NCBI GenBank assembly: GCA_028023455.1
Contig: JAQFVV010000006.1
Span: 8,370,001-8,434,000, forward strand
Source: Epiperipatus broadwayi
Taxonomy: Eukaryota; Animalia; Onychophora
Length of the DNA stretch: 64,000 bases
Direction of reading: 5' to 3'
The notes below the pieces were generated by a model. The model ran no database searches. It worked only from the letters and a program-made list of their open reading frames with translations, and was not told where the DNA came from. Shown one piece after another: positions 13,101 to 25,370 of this stretch. Position 1 is the first letter of the stretch; every line of letters begins with the position of its first letter. Both the position numbers and the translations under genes were made by a program.

Positions 13101-14867
13101 ACAAATTAATAATCCTAAAGTTGACTGTTTATATTTTCTTGGCCCAATAGCTCTAATTAATTCAAAATCAATGTCACTGGAAAGAATATATTTTGTATTA
13201 GATGTACAAGCTCTCAGTGAGACACAAGCAGCCAAAATTAACTTCTAACAAGTTAATATTTTTGCAATAAAAATTGTTCTTTAAATTTTCAATAGTTTGA
13301 CCTGTTAATATTTTTTCTATCATCAGCAATTCGGCAGCACAGCGTAGAGATGATTTGAGTCCTTCTGCTTAAATTTGTTTGCTGGTTTTGTGTTTACTTG
13401 ATAGAAAAACTGGAACAATAATATAAATGGTACCATTAATTTTAAAAAAATATCAAGATATCAGAATTGTACATAGACTGTAATAAAAAAGATACTGGAA
13501 CATCAATGATTGATTATTTCTTTGTTTTCAAAAATAGTCAGTGTCCTTATTAGAGCAGAGCTTTTGTTCAAATATTGGCAACAAATATTGTATACTTTCT
13601 AGTTTATTTACATATTTAGGATTATTTTTGCACATCTATTTTTTGACAACAATATGATGATTAGACTCAGATTTTATTCAAAAATAATTATTTTTAAGAG
13701 AAGGCAATCCAAGAGAAATGTAAATATACAGAGCAGAAAATTGTGACTGATCAAAGTTAATACCCATATAATCATAATAGCTGTTATTTTTAATAATTTT
13801 TTACTAATAATATAATTTTAAATGTTGAATACAATTTCATATGTTCTTGAGAAAAATTAATTTGGGTTTTAAAAATGGAATTCAAATAAATTTTATTTAA
13901 TTCAAAATCCAATTTTAATGGCAATAACAAAATAACAAAAAATATTATTCTGATTATATGTATTTCAGTGAATTAATTTTTTTTCGACATTTGCAAAGTT
14001 GAAATTATTTTTAAGACTTTTTAAACTTATATTTCTAAAAAAAAAAAAGAATTTTAAAATTAAAGAATTATTTATAATAAGGAATAAAAATTTGCTTATT
14101 AAAATAAAATTTTAACCCAAATGGCTGCTAGAGCTATTTCTAAATTAATCGAAGAATTAAAAAGAAGATTTATACTGAGCGAGTAAAAGTTCTATTGAGA
14201 TTTTTGATTGTAATGTTTTGTAACCTGACATTGCACTTTGAACTAATTTTTTGGTGATTCCTAATTTATTTTTTTAATCAAATATTTTTTTATTTCAACT
14301 GAACCACAAATACAAAAGTCTTAAAAGTTGGTCATAAACAATGGAACGCTATGACCAAGTGATAATACCTGATCATCATCATGCTTATACAAGTTTTTCT
14401 ATTTTAGATTTAAAACTACATTACAGATTTCCACTGACTATAATAAACACAGAGAAGTATATTTGACAATATTAAATTTGACAAACCATTACAAATACCT
14501 TTTAATAATGATGATAATTTGATACACAAATAATTAGTTCATCTGCAGGCAATCCTGGGTCCATTAGTTGAGGCGGGGCCAGTAGCAGTTATAACTAATT
14601 TGCATCATTTTGCATAAATTTTCATTCTAACAATGCAGTTTTTAACAAGATAGTAGCTATGAATATGAGAGCAAGGAGTCTCTTGAAAGCGCTCAGCTAA
14701 AATAGTATTTTATATTTGCTTCCAATTATATATATTAGCTTCATTATGTGTGCGTACAGCATATATATATATAGTAATTTAAAATATAATGGTTTTATAA
14801 ACACATAAATTATATTATACACATCTTTACACAAAAATGTATTCTTTGAACTAAAATTCCCTTACTT

Positions 14868-15066
14868 CGATCTATGTTCGACCAATTCTATGATCATTTT
14901 CAGACCTATTTCTACAAATACATATAGATTTATAGTTTGTTCAAAAATTGACAAAATAATAAGTATCACTTCATTATATATTTATGATTTCATAAATTTT
15001 TTAATGATTTATAAATGTGTATATAGAATAGATCTGAAAATGATCTTAGAGTATGATTGAAACCAA
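14868..15066. repeat. Old inverted repeat with hammerhead-like relics in both arms
   Basis: Plus 15034: CTGAAAA T GATC TTAGAGTAT GATT GAAAC. Minus arm: CTGAAAA T GATC ATAGAATT GGTC GAAC. The 4-bp stem is kept in both despite different loops. Confidence 0.5.
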
Positions 15067-16326
15067 AGGTGGAGCTGCATGCTGATATATATATATATAT
15101 GAACATTTTGAGTTATACAATAAACGAAAATTATAAAAAAATAATCATGTGGAATACAATTTATATATTAGAATTAATGGACAAATTTTAAAAGAAAAAA
15201 AAACTATTTATTTAATTAATTAGGTTTTATAAATATATATATTTTTAATTATAAAAAAAAATCAATTCTTGGCAATTCTCTACAATATCTATTGGAACAG
15301 AAATGTAATGAAAATATAATACTCATTAAAAATAATTACTTAAGTTAATTTAAAAAATATGAAGAATTAAGTATTTTTATAAATTAAAAATATTGGTCAA
15401 TATATGCAGATTGAAAAATGGAAAATATATTTATTTGTTAGAATAAAACTAAAAAAATTGAAGAACACTAGACATAAAAACAAATAAATAAAAAATTAAG
15501 TTTATTTGTTAAATATTAAGAAATAATTTTATTAAAGATTATAAAATTATATATATATTGAATCAAGCAATAAAAACAACATTTGATTAATATCAAAATA
15601 ATCTGCTATTGCTTATTGTACTAAGACTTACTATATATTTTAAATTTTTCTGGGAAAATATATATATAAAATGAAGAACATGTGGTTAGATCTCTAAACT
15701 AAAAAATTATATGTCATTATAAAGGCAGCATTGAACTGTAACTTTTGGCATCATAGCTTTCTAGAATTAACAATGTTGCCAAATTAAAAAAAATATTTTG
15801 TAAGAATTCAACATTTCCTGATTCATCTATTCATTATATGATTTCCATTTTTAACAATTCTCTTCCATTATTTATAGTCATCAGGAGTCATCAATTTCTA
15901 ACATAGTTGCCTTTGGGGAAGCATAGAAAAAAGTATGGACTTTGCCTGTATATGTTACACTATATTGCTAATACTTTTCTATAACTTTCAATAATGTATC
16001 AAAAATAGTCATATAACTTAGAGGATTAAAAGCAGCAATTTTTGTAAAATTGTAATTTAACTCTTTCCTGGAAATTTCTGTTTTATCTCAGCATAGAACT
16101 TCTACTTAACTTCATTGGAGATTTGATACCTGGATGGCATTTGAATAGTTTATATTCTAGTAATTCTATTGCAACCTTGTGATAAAAATTCCAAATGACT
16201 GATAAAGATTTTACATTTTCACTTTTATTAACAAATATCAGGAGTTATTAGCAAAATATAAAGCTTTACAATTCAAAGTTAAATGAGAGAACTGAATTTT
16301 CTCAAAATTGCAGCATTTGTATACAT

Positions 16327-16809
16327 CAGGGATATCCAATCAGTCGATCGTGATCCACCGGTCGATTGCAAAGCCATTTTTGGACAATCGCGAGGACAAT
16401 CTGGCAAGAGCTGTTGGGTAACAAGTGAAACAAATTAAATCAAGATTTTCAAATTTTTTTTTGTTAGTTTTGTTTTTGTTCTAAATTTTTTTTCAATTCT
16501 AGATAGGTGAAGTCCACTAAGTTGTATCATTATTGAAAATAATATTTTAATCTTGATTTAATGTAGCTAATTTGAATTAATAAGTATGGTTAGTAATTAC
16601 TCGTGTTGCTTTAATTCTCCCAGACATGAGTTTTTGGCCCGTTAAATAATTATTTTTTATTAGGTAGATATATAAAAATAGTATTACACACCTCCCTCCA
16701 CTTAGACTATGCCTATGATGACAAGTCAATCGCCTATGACAACAAGTCGATCGCAACACATTTTTAAAATAAAAAGTAGATCTTATGAACACAAAAGTTG
16801 GCCACCCTG
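16327..16809. mobile_element. Non-autonomous hAT element (Buster-like MITE), 483 bp
   Basis: Ends CAGGGATATCCAA / TTGGCCACCCTG; subterminal GTCGATCG motifs at both ends; 8-bp flanks GTATACAT / ATATATAT (6/8 identical, central TA). Confidence 0.8.
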
Positions 16810-17845
16810 ATATATATCTTATATACCATGCAGAAATAATTTTTGAGATATTTTTTGTCTTCAGATTGTTTTTTGATCATTTGAAAGATTTTTTTATTAG
16901 ATAAATATAAAATATATTTATTTTTATAGGAACATTTTAACAAAAAATTTACACTAACACCTATGGGGAAGATAAAAAAATTAAATTATTCTCACTAACC
17001 TAAAAAAGTAAGTTTTGTCTTTTCATTTCCATAAATAGATTTCTGACTTTTACAATTTTTTTGATCTTTTAGTAATGTTAAAAATTAATTTTATTAATAA
17101 ATTAGTAAAAAAAAAATGGTTGTTTTAAAAAAAAATTCTTCAAACTGATGACCAATTATATAAAAATTACATTTGACAAAGTTGACCTCATTTTAATTAT
17201 AGAATTTGGCCACATAACAGTTAAGATATATTTTTATAGATAGAGAATAAATGCATAAATATGTAATTAATGTACAACATTTTTAAAATAAATGGATAGA
17301 TAAATTCAAGTTTGTATAATTTTAATCAATATATTTTTACATTATATCAGCATAGATTATTTCAGTGCAAAACTACTTTTAATTATAAAAAAAAAAATTA
17401 AATTTGTCTACAATATAAATATTTTTCAGCAAACAGTTATACATATGCTTACAATAAACATTAATTTCACGTGATGTTTATATGTATGTATATGAATGTA
17501 CATGGCAATGTAAATTAACCCTATCTTTATAAATATCATTATTAAAATAAATACTTGAAAACAAAATATTAATGCTTAATATTTATTTTATTAGAGAGAA
17601 AAAACTTTCTAAATATGTATAAGAACAGCTAGATCTGAGATTCTGCAGAAAAATTCCCATTTTCAGAAAGCAAAAATATTAATAATGATTGGTAAATACA
17701 ATTATATATGGGTTTTTTTTTTTTGGTCATTCTGTATATAACATCTTTAGAACATTGAAATTACTTTAATTCAAAAACCAACATATTCAACTATGTAATT
17801 TATAAATAAATTTTTAAATGTAAGTTGTTTTTTTTAAAGTGTCAT

Positions 17846-17929
17846 AGCATCGGCTGGGACGCGAATCCACAACCCGGGCAACTGCCTGCAAGTGCAAGGC
17901 AGTCGCGCTGACCACTCGACCACCAATGC
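17846..17929 (-). pseudogene. tRNA-Gly(UCC)-derived sequence with two internal micro-duplications
   Basis: GCATTGGTGGTCGAGTGGTCAGCGCGACTGC CTTGCACTTGCAG GCAGTTGCCCGGGTT GTGGATT CGCGTCCCAGCCGATGC aligns to metazoan Gly-TCC; the 7-bp acceptor stem GCATTGG/CCGATGC and the stem ACTGC/GCAGT pair. Confidence 0.75.
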
Positions 17930-20267
17930 AAGTTTTTTATTTCTTTTTTATGCCATTTATTATATTTTCTTCATGAAGCATTTAATACTTTACCTTTTTT
18001 TCAGAATGCATTATCAAGTTCACGGTAAAAATTGCAACTTCACCCAATGCATAAAAAATCCTTAATTCATTAGTGACTATATTTACAATGAAAATACTAA
18101 TATTAATATACTGAAATCTTACTGCACCATTACTGTTGCTAACATTTTTCTGTGACTTTATTTATTATTTTCTTCTTGCAATGGATACTATAGAAATAAC
18201 ATGTTTTGTGGTTCCACCATTCCTCCAGGTATCATTTTATTGCATCAATCATTATCAAATCAAAATCCCAATACAACACTTCCCTGCATAATTCCTTTTT
18301 AAATTTGAAATTAATTACAAATATTATTGCTATATATATAATACACATGTTATAAACAGTTTTCTAATTATTAACAGACCTGATAATTAAATTTTCTTAA
18401 ACTCTAATTAAACAATAAAATAAAATATAAATACAGAAAGACGTTATGGCAAATAAATTCCGTTCTTTTCTTTTTTTAATGTCTGGTTTTGTACTCAAAT
18501 TATTCTCAAATTTTCCTAACTTTAGTTGCCAACACCTCTTTTGGCCATCAACCTCACAACCTCCAGGTTATGCGAGCATGATTTATTTTTGACGCTATAG
18601 TTATAAATATGACCGAGAAAGTCTTATGAGTAATTCATCCATGTTAATTTATGAAATGACCAAACGCGAAGAATATATGGAATGGACATTAAAAATTCCC
18701 CTTACTCAGTTCATTTAATTACACAAAAAGGAATCAAAGAAAGGAATCAAAGAATACCCTTTCAGCTCGTGGGATTTTTTCCCCCAGATTTGTATAACAC
18801 TTAATCATTAGATATCTATTTTCAAAAATTGAAGATTAATTTTCTAACACTTCTATTTTTTTAACTGCTATTTTATTAAAATAAAAATCATGACCTTCGA
18901 ACTGATAAACTGACAGGCAAAATAAAAAAACAAAACAAGGTGGTCATATCAATCTGTGCTTTCTTTCAATAAATTGCTCTGTGCGATTTAAGGCAGATGT
19001 AAGATTAAAACTCATAAGCTAAATGTCCAAAGATTGCAACTCTAATCTATTATTTCTATTGATTGAATACGATATGATCTGATATTAAAATTATTCAATT
19101 ATATCAATTTATTTATATATTAGACATACAAATTTTTAAATCTTTGGCCACTTTCCATATTACATCATTGTTCCAAATCAGGGATCAGGAAGCAGGAGCT
19201 CTTTATGGAATAAGTGTGGCACTCTTGTTTTGAATAAAAATATATTGTAACTTAAAGGTCCACTAATAGCTCTCTGCTGCCTTATAAACACAAGACATCT
19301 AATTGAGAGTTCAAGTTAATCTTATACAGCAGGGTTATATAATATCAGATTACTATAAAAAATTATTAATCAAAATAAATCTTTAATCAAAATAAATCGT
19401 TCTTAATTGAAGATCTCAGGGTCTTTGCTATGAAATTCTTAATAAGCAAATATAATCTTATGCTTCATCTCAAGTCCTTATCTAACCATGAATGTGATCC
19501 TAGTAAATAATAATAATAAGATATGATCCATCTTTGGACAATATCCTCATATCATGAAACTTTATTATTAAAATAATGATATTGCATTCTAGAATGACAT
19601 TCATGAAAAACTATGAGAAAGAAAGGAATTTTGTTACTATCACACAAAAAGGTTCTCTTATAATCTTAATTCAAATAAAATAAAATAATACTATCCGTGG
19701 ATGTTATTTTAAATATCAACAATATAAAATTTTAATAATGTGACTTTCATAATCTTCTAGTACTCTTATAATATAATAATAAAATATATGGATGGCTTTT
19801 GGATTTTTGAGAATACGGATGATAATACAGATACAAATTCAGAAGTAATAATTAAATCAATATTTTATTAACACTAATAAATATAACAATAATAATTATT
19901 AAATATTTTAATGAAATCAAAAATTATAGGTATTACAAGTTTAAACGAAATTTAAATTACAAAAAAAAAAAAAAATACAATATGATTTGACTATAAAGAC
20001 AGAAAGCTCTCGCTTTTATATTAATCCAGCTTTCATTCCTATCCATCTCAGTATGGAATATATTTAATAATATTAAATAAGTAAATCATACCAGCATAGT
20101 AACAGAGTTAAATTTGGAAAGATTCATAATTTCATAGCTATATAAAAGTCATTATAAATGTAAGTACAAAAACATTTTGTCAAGGTTTTTAAACACCCCA
20201 GATATGCAAATTTGGCACATCAATAATATCACCAACATAGTTAAACTACTTGGATTTCATCAAGAGA

Positions 20268-21218
20268 AAAAAATAAAGATGTGGTTGACATTTCACATGA
20301 CTTTAATATTCAAGAGCTAAAATAAAGACATGGTTGGCATCACGCATGACTAATATTCAATGGCTAAAATAAAGACATGACTGACATCACGCATAACTTT
20401 AATATTCAAGGACTAAAATAAAGACATGATTGGCATCATGCTTGACTAACATTCAAGGGCTAAAATAAAAACATGTTTGGCATCATGCATGACTTTAATA
20501 TTCAATGGCTAAAATAAAGACATGATTGACATCATGCATAACTTTAATATTCAAGGACTAAAATAAAAACATGATTGGCATCATGCGTGACTTTAACATT
20601 CAAGGGCTAAAATAAAAGCATGGTTGGCATCATGCATGACTTTAATATTCAATGGCTAAAATAAAGACATGATTGACATCACGCATAACTTTAATATTCA
20701 AGGACTAAAATAAAGACATGATTGGCATCATGCGTGACTTTAACATTCAAGGGCTAAAATAAAAACATGCGTGACCTCAATATTCAATGGCTAAAATAAA
20801 GACATGATTGACATTACGCATAACTTTAACATTCAAAGGCTAAAATAAAGATATAGTTGGCATTACACATGCCTTTAACATTGAAGATCTAAAATAAAGA
20901 CATAGTTGGCATCATTCATGACTTTAGTATTCAAGGCTAAAATAAAAACATGGTTAACATTATGCATGACTAAAATTCAAGGACTAAAATAAATACATGG
21001 TATCATGCATGATTGTAACATCCAAGGGCTAAAATAAAGACATGAGTGGCATCACACATGATTTTAATATTCAATGGTTAAAGTAAAGATATAGTTGGCA
21101 TTACACATGACTTTTACATTCAAGGTAAAAATATAGACATGATTGGCATCATGCATGACTTTAACATTCAAGGGCAAAAAAGATATGACTGATGCCATGC
21201 ATGACTAAAAATATTCGC
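20268..21218. repeat. 49-bp minisatellite, about 19-20 units, with trimeric higher-order repeat
   Basis: Unit approx. CTAAAATAAAGACATGATTGGCATCATGCATGACTTTAATATTCAAGGG; variant AATATTCAATGGCTA recurs at 20352, 20497, 20644 and 20779. Confidence 0.95.
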
Positions 21219-24200
21219 CAAGAAAAACATCAAGGGATATAAAAGAACGGCATTATGATGTAATAGACTCAAGAGTAAACGCTTGTTCAAAAGTGAAAAA
21301 AAAAAATTAGGACCTTGTCTCTATAATCTTAACAAATATATAAAGAATAAACCAACACATAAGATTGCTAAAAATAATTCACAAGCGTAATAAGAATAAT
21401 ATATAAAAATAGACTTAAATCTTCTATCTCATGCAGCAATAATGAAAATATAATGTAAAAAACTAATAAATATAATAATTATATTTATAAAGTGCATACG
21501 CGTTACTTTAAAGTAATATATATTAAGGCTACAACCTTAAAAAATGATAGTAGGAACCCCTGCAAATCTTAAACACAAGATTTATTTAAAAGACAAGAGC
21601 CCTAAGCATATAAATTATGGCTTTCCAATTTAATAAAAAAAATATACATCTACTCCATCAATTCTTCCATTCATTTATCCACACTCTAAATAATTCCATA
21701 CCAGATGGATATGTTATCTTCTGATTATATTTCAAAACAGTAATATTCTGAGAACTCACATGGTAAATATAGCATAAATCATACATAAGCAATAAATATG
21801 CAATATTATAACTATAATACACATATAAATAAAACTTAAAATCTAAATATTGATAACCCTTTTATCATTTTAATAATTCATAAGTCTTTAAATCTTTGAT
21901 TTGAATACCATTTGGTAGCACAACAGCTCCATTAATAACTGCTTGGATATACTGGAGATTTACTAAAGTATTTGGATGATGTGAATATTAAATACTGGCA
22001 AATTAAATAATTAAAATCCAAGGTATGTAGACTAATTAAGCATAGAAATGATTTAAAAAGAACATTCAAAGCAATTGCGAAGTATTTATTGAAATAATAT
22101 AATGATAAGACAATATCATTTCTTTTACAGCAATTCAAATGTAAAAATGATGAAAAAGAATAATAAGCCATGTATTTATCTTAAATAGCACATAGATAAT
22201 ATTCTTTCCTGTTGAAAGACAATTCATAGTTTCACATAATGAAACATTAATAAAGAACTCACAATATTTTGCATTCAAGTAATATAAAGTTTTCTTCAGC
22301 AAAAAATAATTTTTATCAGGAGCACAGCAACCTTTTTTAAAACAACACATATTATAAAATGATGAGCAGATTGTAGAAAGAACAGAGTGTGAAATATTTT
22401 ATATTTCAATGGTATTCAAAGTAATAAAATACATTCAAGAATGGATACTTATTTCTGTTCTTATAGTAAGGCAAAATACTTCTTTAATATGCAATATTCT
22501 ATCATGTATATTTCCTTTGAAGTCCAAAATGCATAAAATGAAATTAGCCTATTTAGAAAATATTTAAGAATAAGACACAATTCGTAATAAATATATTTAC
22601 TTTCCAATTTTAACATCATTGAAATAAACATTTTGTCCATTTTAAAATAGTGTGAAATGATAATTTTATAAATTTCATTTGAAATATAAAGAAATAATAA
22701 TATAATAGTTTCCATTTAAAACAAGGCAAAGGCATTCATAATTTCATAAGTATTATTCTACAGTTGTTTTTATCATTTATAAGTTTAGCAATTTTAGCTA
22801 AAAGTTCTAATTAGACTAGGATATCAAATTAAGCTAAAAGAGAACATTTTGTAAATAATAGTAAAGCTCAACATTTAAAAAAAAAATAACATTTATAATT
22901 CATCATAGAATAAAGCACAATAAACTTATTTAAAGTTACATTAAGTGCTGGCATTCAACATTTAAAAATTTTCACTTCCAGAAAAAATTAGTATGACTAA
23001 ACAAGCAAGTGAATATTAATAAAAAGTTCAAGTAACATAATTACACCTTCTGTAAAAAAATTTCCTGAAACATTGCAATGGCAACTTGCTTCTTTGTTTA
23101 TGCATTGTTGAAGTTTCCTAATTATATATAAGCTGAGATTCCATAGAGTCACAGAGAGCCAAAGCTAAAGGCCTGGGCAGATTATTTTAGCTTATAATGG
23201 CTTAAACTGGTAAAACAATGACTAATTATAAAACATTACACATGATCAAACGTTGAAAAAAATGATGAAGTGTGTTAAAATGTATGTGGTCAGAGCTTAA
23301 ATATGGCATGTCAGGTGATCAATAATTAATGATTGACAATGAGGGTGTGAATTACTACTTAATTTACACAACCTGATTTCACTGTTAAATCAAATGATTC
23401 TAAAAATAACTTTTGTTAATTATGTCTGGAAATTTTAGACAATATAATAAATTAAAATTACATCATCTTTTACAAATAATTATTATTTAAAAATAAAATT
23501 AAATATTACAGCAATAAATAATACATCATTTAAATATATTTTTTAATATTCTCAGAATATTATCTTTATAAATTTTTTAAAAACATATTTTTATAAATAA
23601 AACTTTCAATAAAGATTATTTTAAATGTTTATATTTTCTAGACAAGGATGTTAAAATATAATGATTTTCTTTTAAAATTTTAACTCTAAATGAAAACATA
23701 TTACATGCATACATACACACACTAAAGATATTTAACAGATAATTTAGAAATTGTGATAAATTAATTATTAATAAAAATCTATAAAACATTGTTAAAACTT
23801 ATCTAAGTCTTTATTTTATGCTAAATAAGTGCAATGGCCGCATGAAGAGTATAATTACATCTTTCAGCAATACATTAAGAATAAGCTATAAATTAAAATA
23901 CTGATTTTATAATTTTATAACACAATTATAAAATAACCTTGACTGCTACATTAAAGTTACTTCTTAAATTTATTTATTTAAATTTATCATGAATATTTTA
24001 TAATATTAATTATAAACCAACAAAATAGCATATAAAACAACTCACTACCTTTAACAGAGTAACAGAATTTATTTAACAAAAAGTAAACTGTGTGTATATA
24101 TATTTAAAGATATAGGCAGAATGAAAGGTTAACAATATATTATAAACCAATATTTTATTTATGTATACTGATATATAATTTGTAACTAATTTTATTATAT

Positions 24201-24254
24201 AATTAATACAAATGTGTAAAATTATTATGAGTGCAAGTGGTTTAATTTTAAACT

Positions 24255-24415
24255 AGGGCACTGTGCATTAAGTTTTCATCAATCAAGTGAAAATTAAACA
24301 CAAGTGCAGACTGACTGACTCAAATCTGAAGATTTTATTATTAAAATGCATGAAATATATTCCAAATTTGAACAAGTTGGGTGAGAACATAACAGTTCAA
24401 AAGTCACATTAGTAA
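24255..24415 (+). mobile_element. Buster/SPIN-type hAT transposase extreme C-terminus remnant
   Basis: KIKHKCRLTDSNLKILLLKCMKYIPNLNKLGENITVQKSH* resembles KSKYRSRLTDEHL..LR.....P....L......Q.SH*. Confidence 0.5.
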
Positions 24416-25332
24416 ATTTGAGTATTAATATTATATCTTTACATTTATAAAAATGACTTTGCACTGATAAATTTTATAATGTAAATTTATTATATTTCCT
24501 GAAAATTTAGAAAAATGTTGTAATAATTAAATGTAAAATTTACAGAAAATATTTTTTTTTTGTTTCACTCACAAAAATTTTATATGCAAGTGTAAGAGCA
24601 GTTTGAATCTTGTATATGCATACTTAATGCTCCTAAGTTTGTAAATAATAAATGAAATTGATTTCAAGTGGTATCACCCTAGATTTTAATTTTTGTTTTT
24701 TGTCAAAATGACTCTCTGATTCAAAAATGTTCCTGAACCCTGTTCTAAACACATGTTTATGATACACCAACTCATTGATATTTCCTTAAATTTAATTTGT
24801 TCACTATTAACTCCTCCCATTATTTTAATAAAAGACTTAGTTGCAATTTCAGTCATATTTGCAACATTTAATTTTACAATTAAACCTTATTCTATACCAT
24901 ATTTTGCTATTCGTTATAACATTTGTTATAAATATAAGTTTATAAATGAAAGACATTCTAAAAATTAATATTTGAATTTTGCAAAATAGAAAAATAAAGT
25001 ACTAAACTGAATGTCTGGCAATAACAATGACTTATTTCTCACTGGCTCGTAGCTTTACCTATTTCATAAAAATTAACTAATGAAATATTTATTTAAACTC
25101 TATTTTTAAAATGGAACAAATTTTAGTTGAGACAATATAACAGAATGAGAATAAGTTTTAACTTGTTCAGGATCCAATTGTTTCTTGCTTATTTGAATAG
25201 GCCCTAGCAAAAACTTTGTCCATATTTGAATATTTTATTTGTACAATTATATCTTTTTTATATATAATATATTGATAATCTTTGTTATCTATTACTATAA
25301 TGGTCAGGGTGTATTGGAAGTTAAAGTCTTAC

Positions 25333-25370
25333 TGCATCTGCCATACAGGGTGCCACCAGGCCATTCAAAC
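25333..25370 (-). CDS. Candidate 38-nt internal exon of an unidentified gene
   Basis: ttaattttccAG acceptor, GTAAGA donor, GC-rich island; open as FEWPGGTLYGRC or LNGLVAPCMADA. No homology recognised. Confidence 0.25.

Noticed and set aside
13270-13410. Exon or hAT C-terminus (AEGLKSSLRCAAE)
   Set aside because: Stops occur in all spliced frames and hAT similarity is too weak to call.
15850-16310. Additional hAT-like transposase remnant on the minus strand (LCFPKGNYVRN)
   Set aside because: Only one loose motif; insufficient without an HMM search.
20268-21218. CRISPR array
   Set aside because: Contiguous tandem units with no unique spacers, eukaryotic context, and no cas genes.
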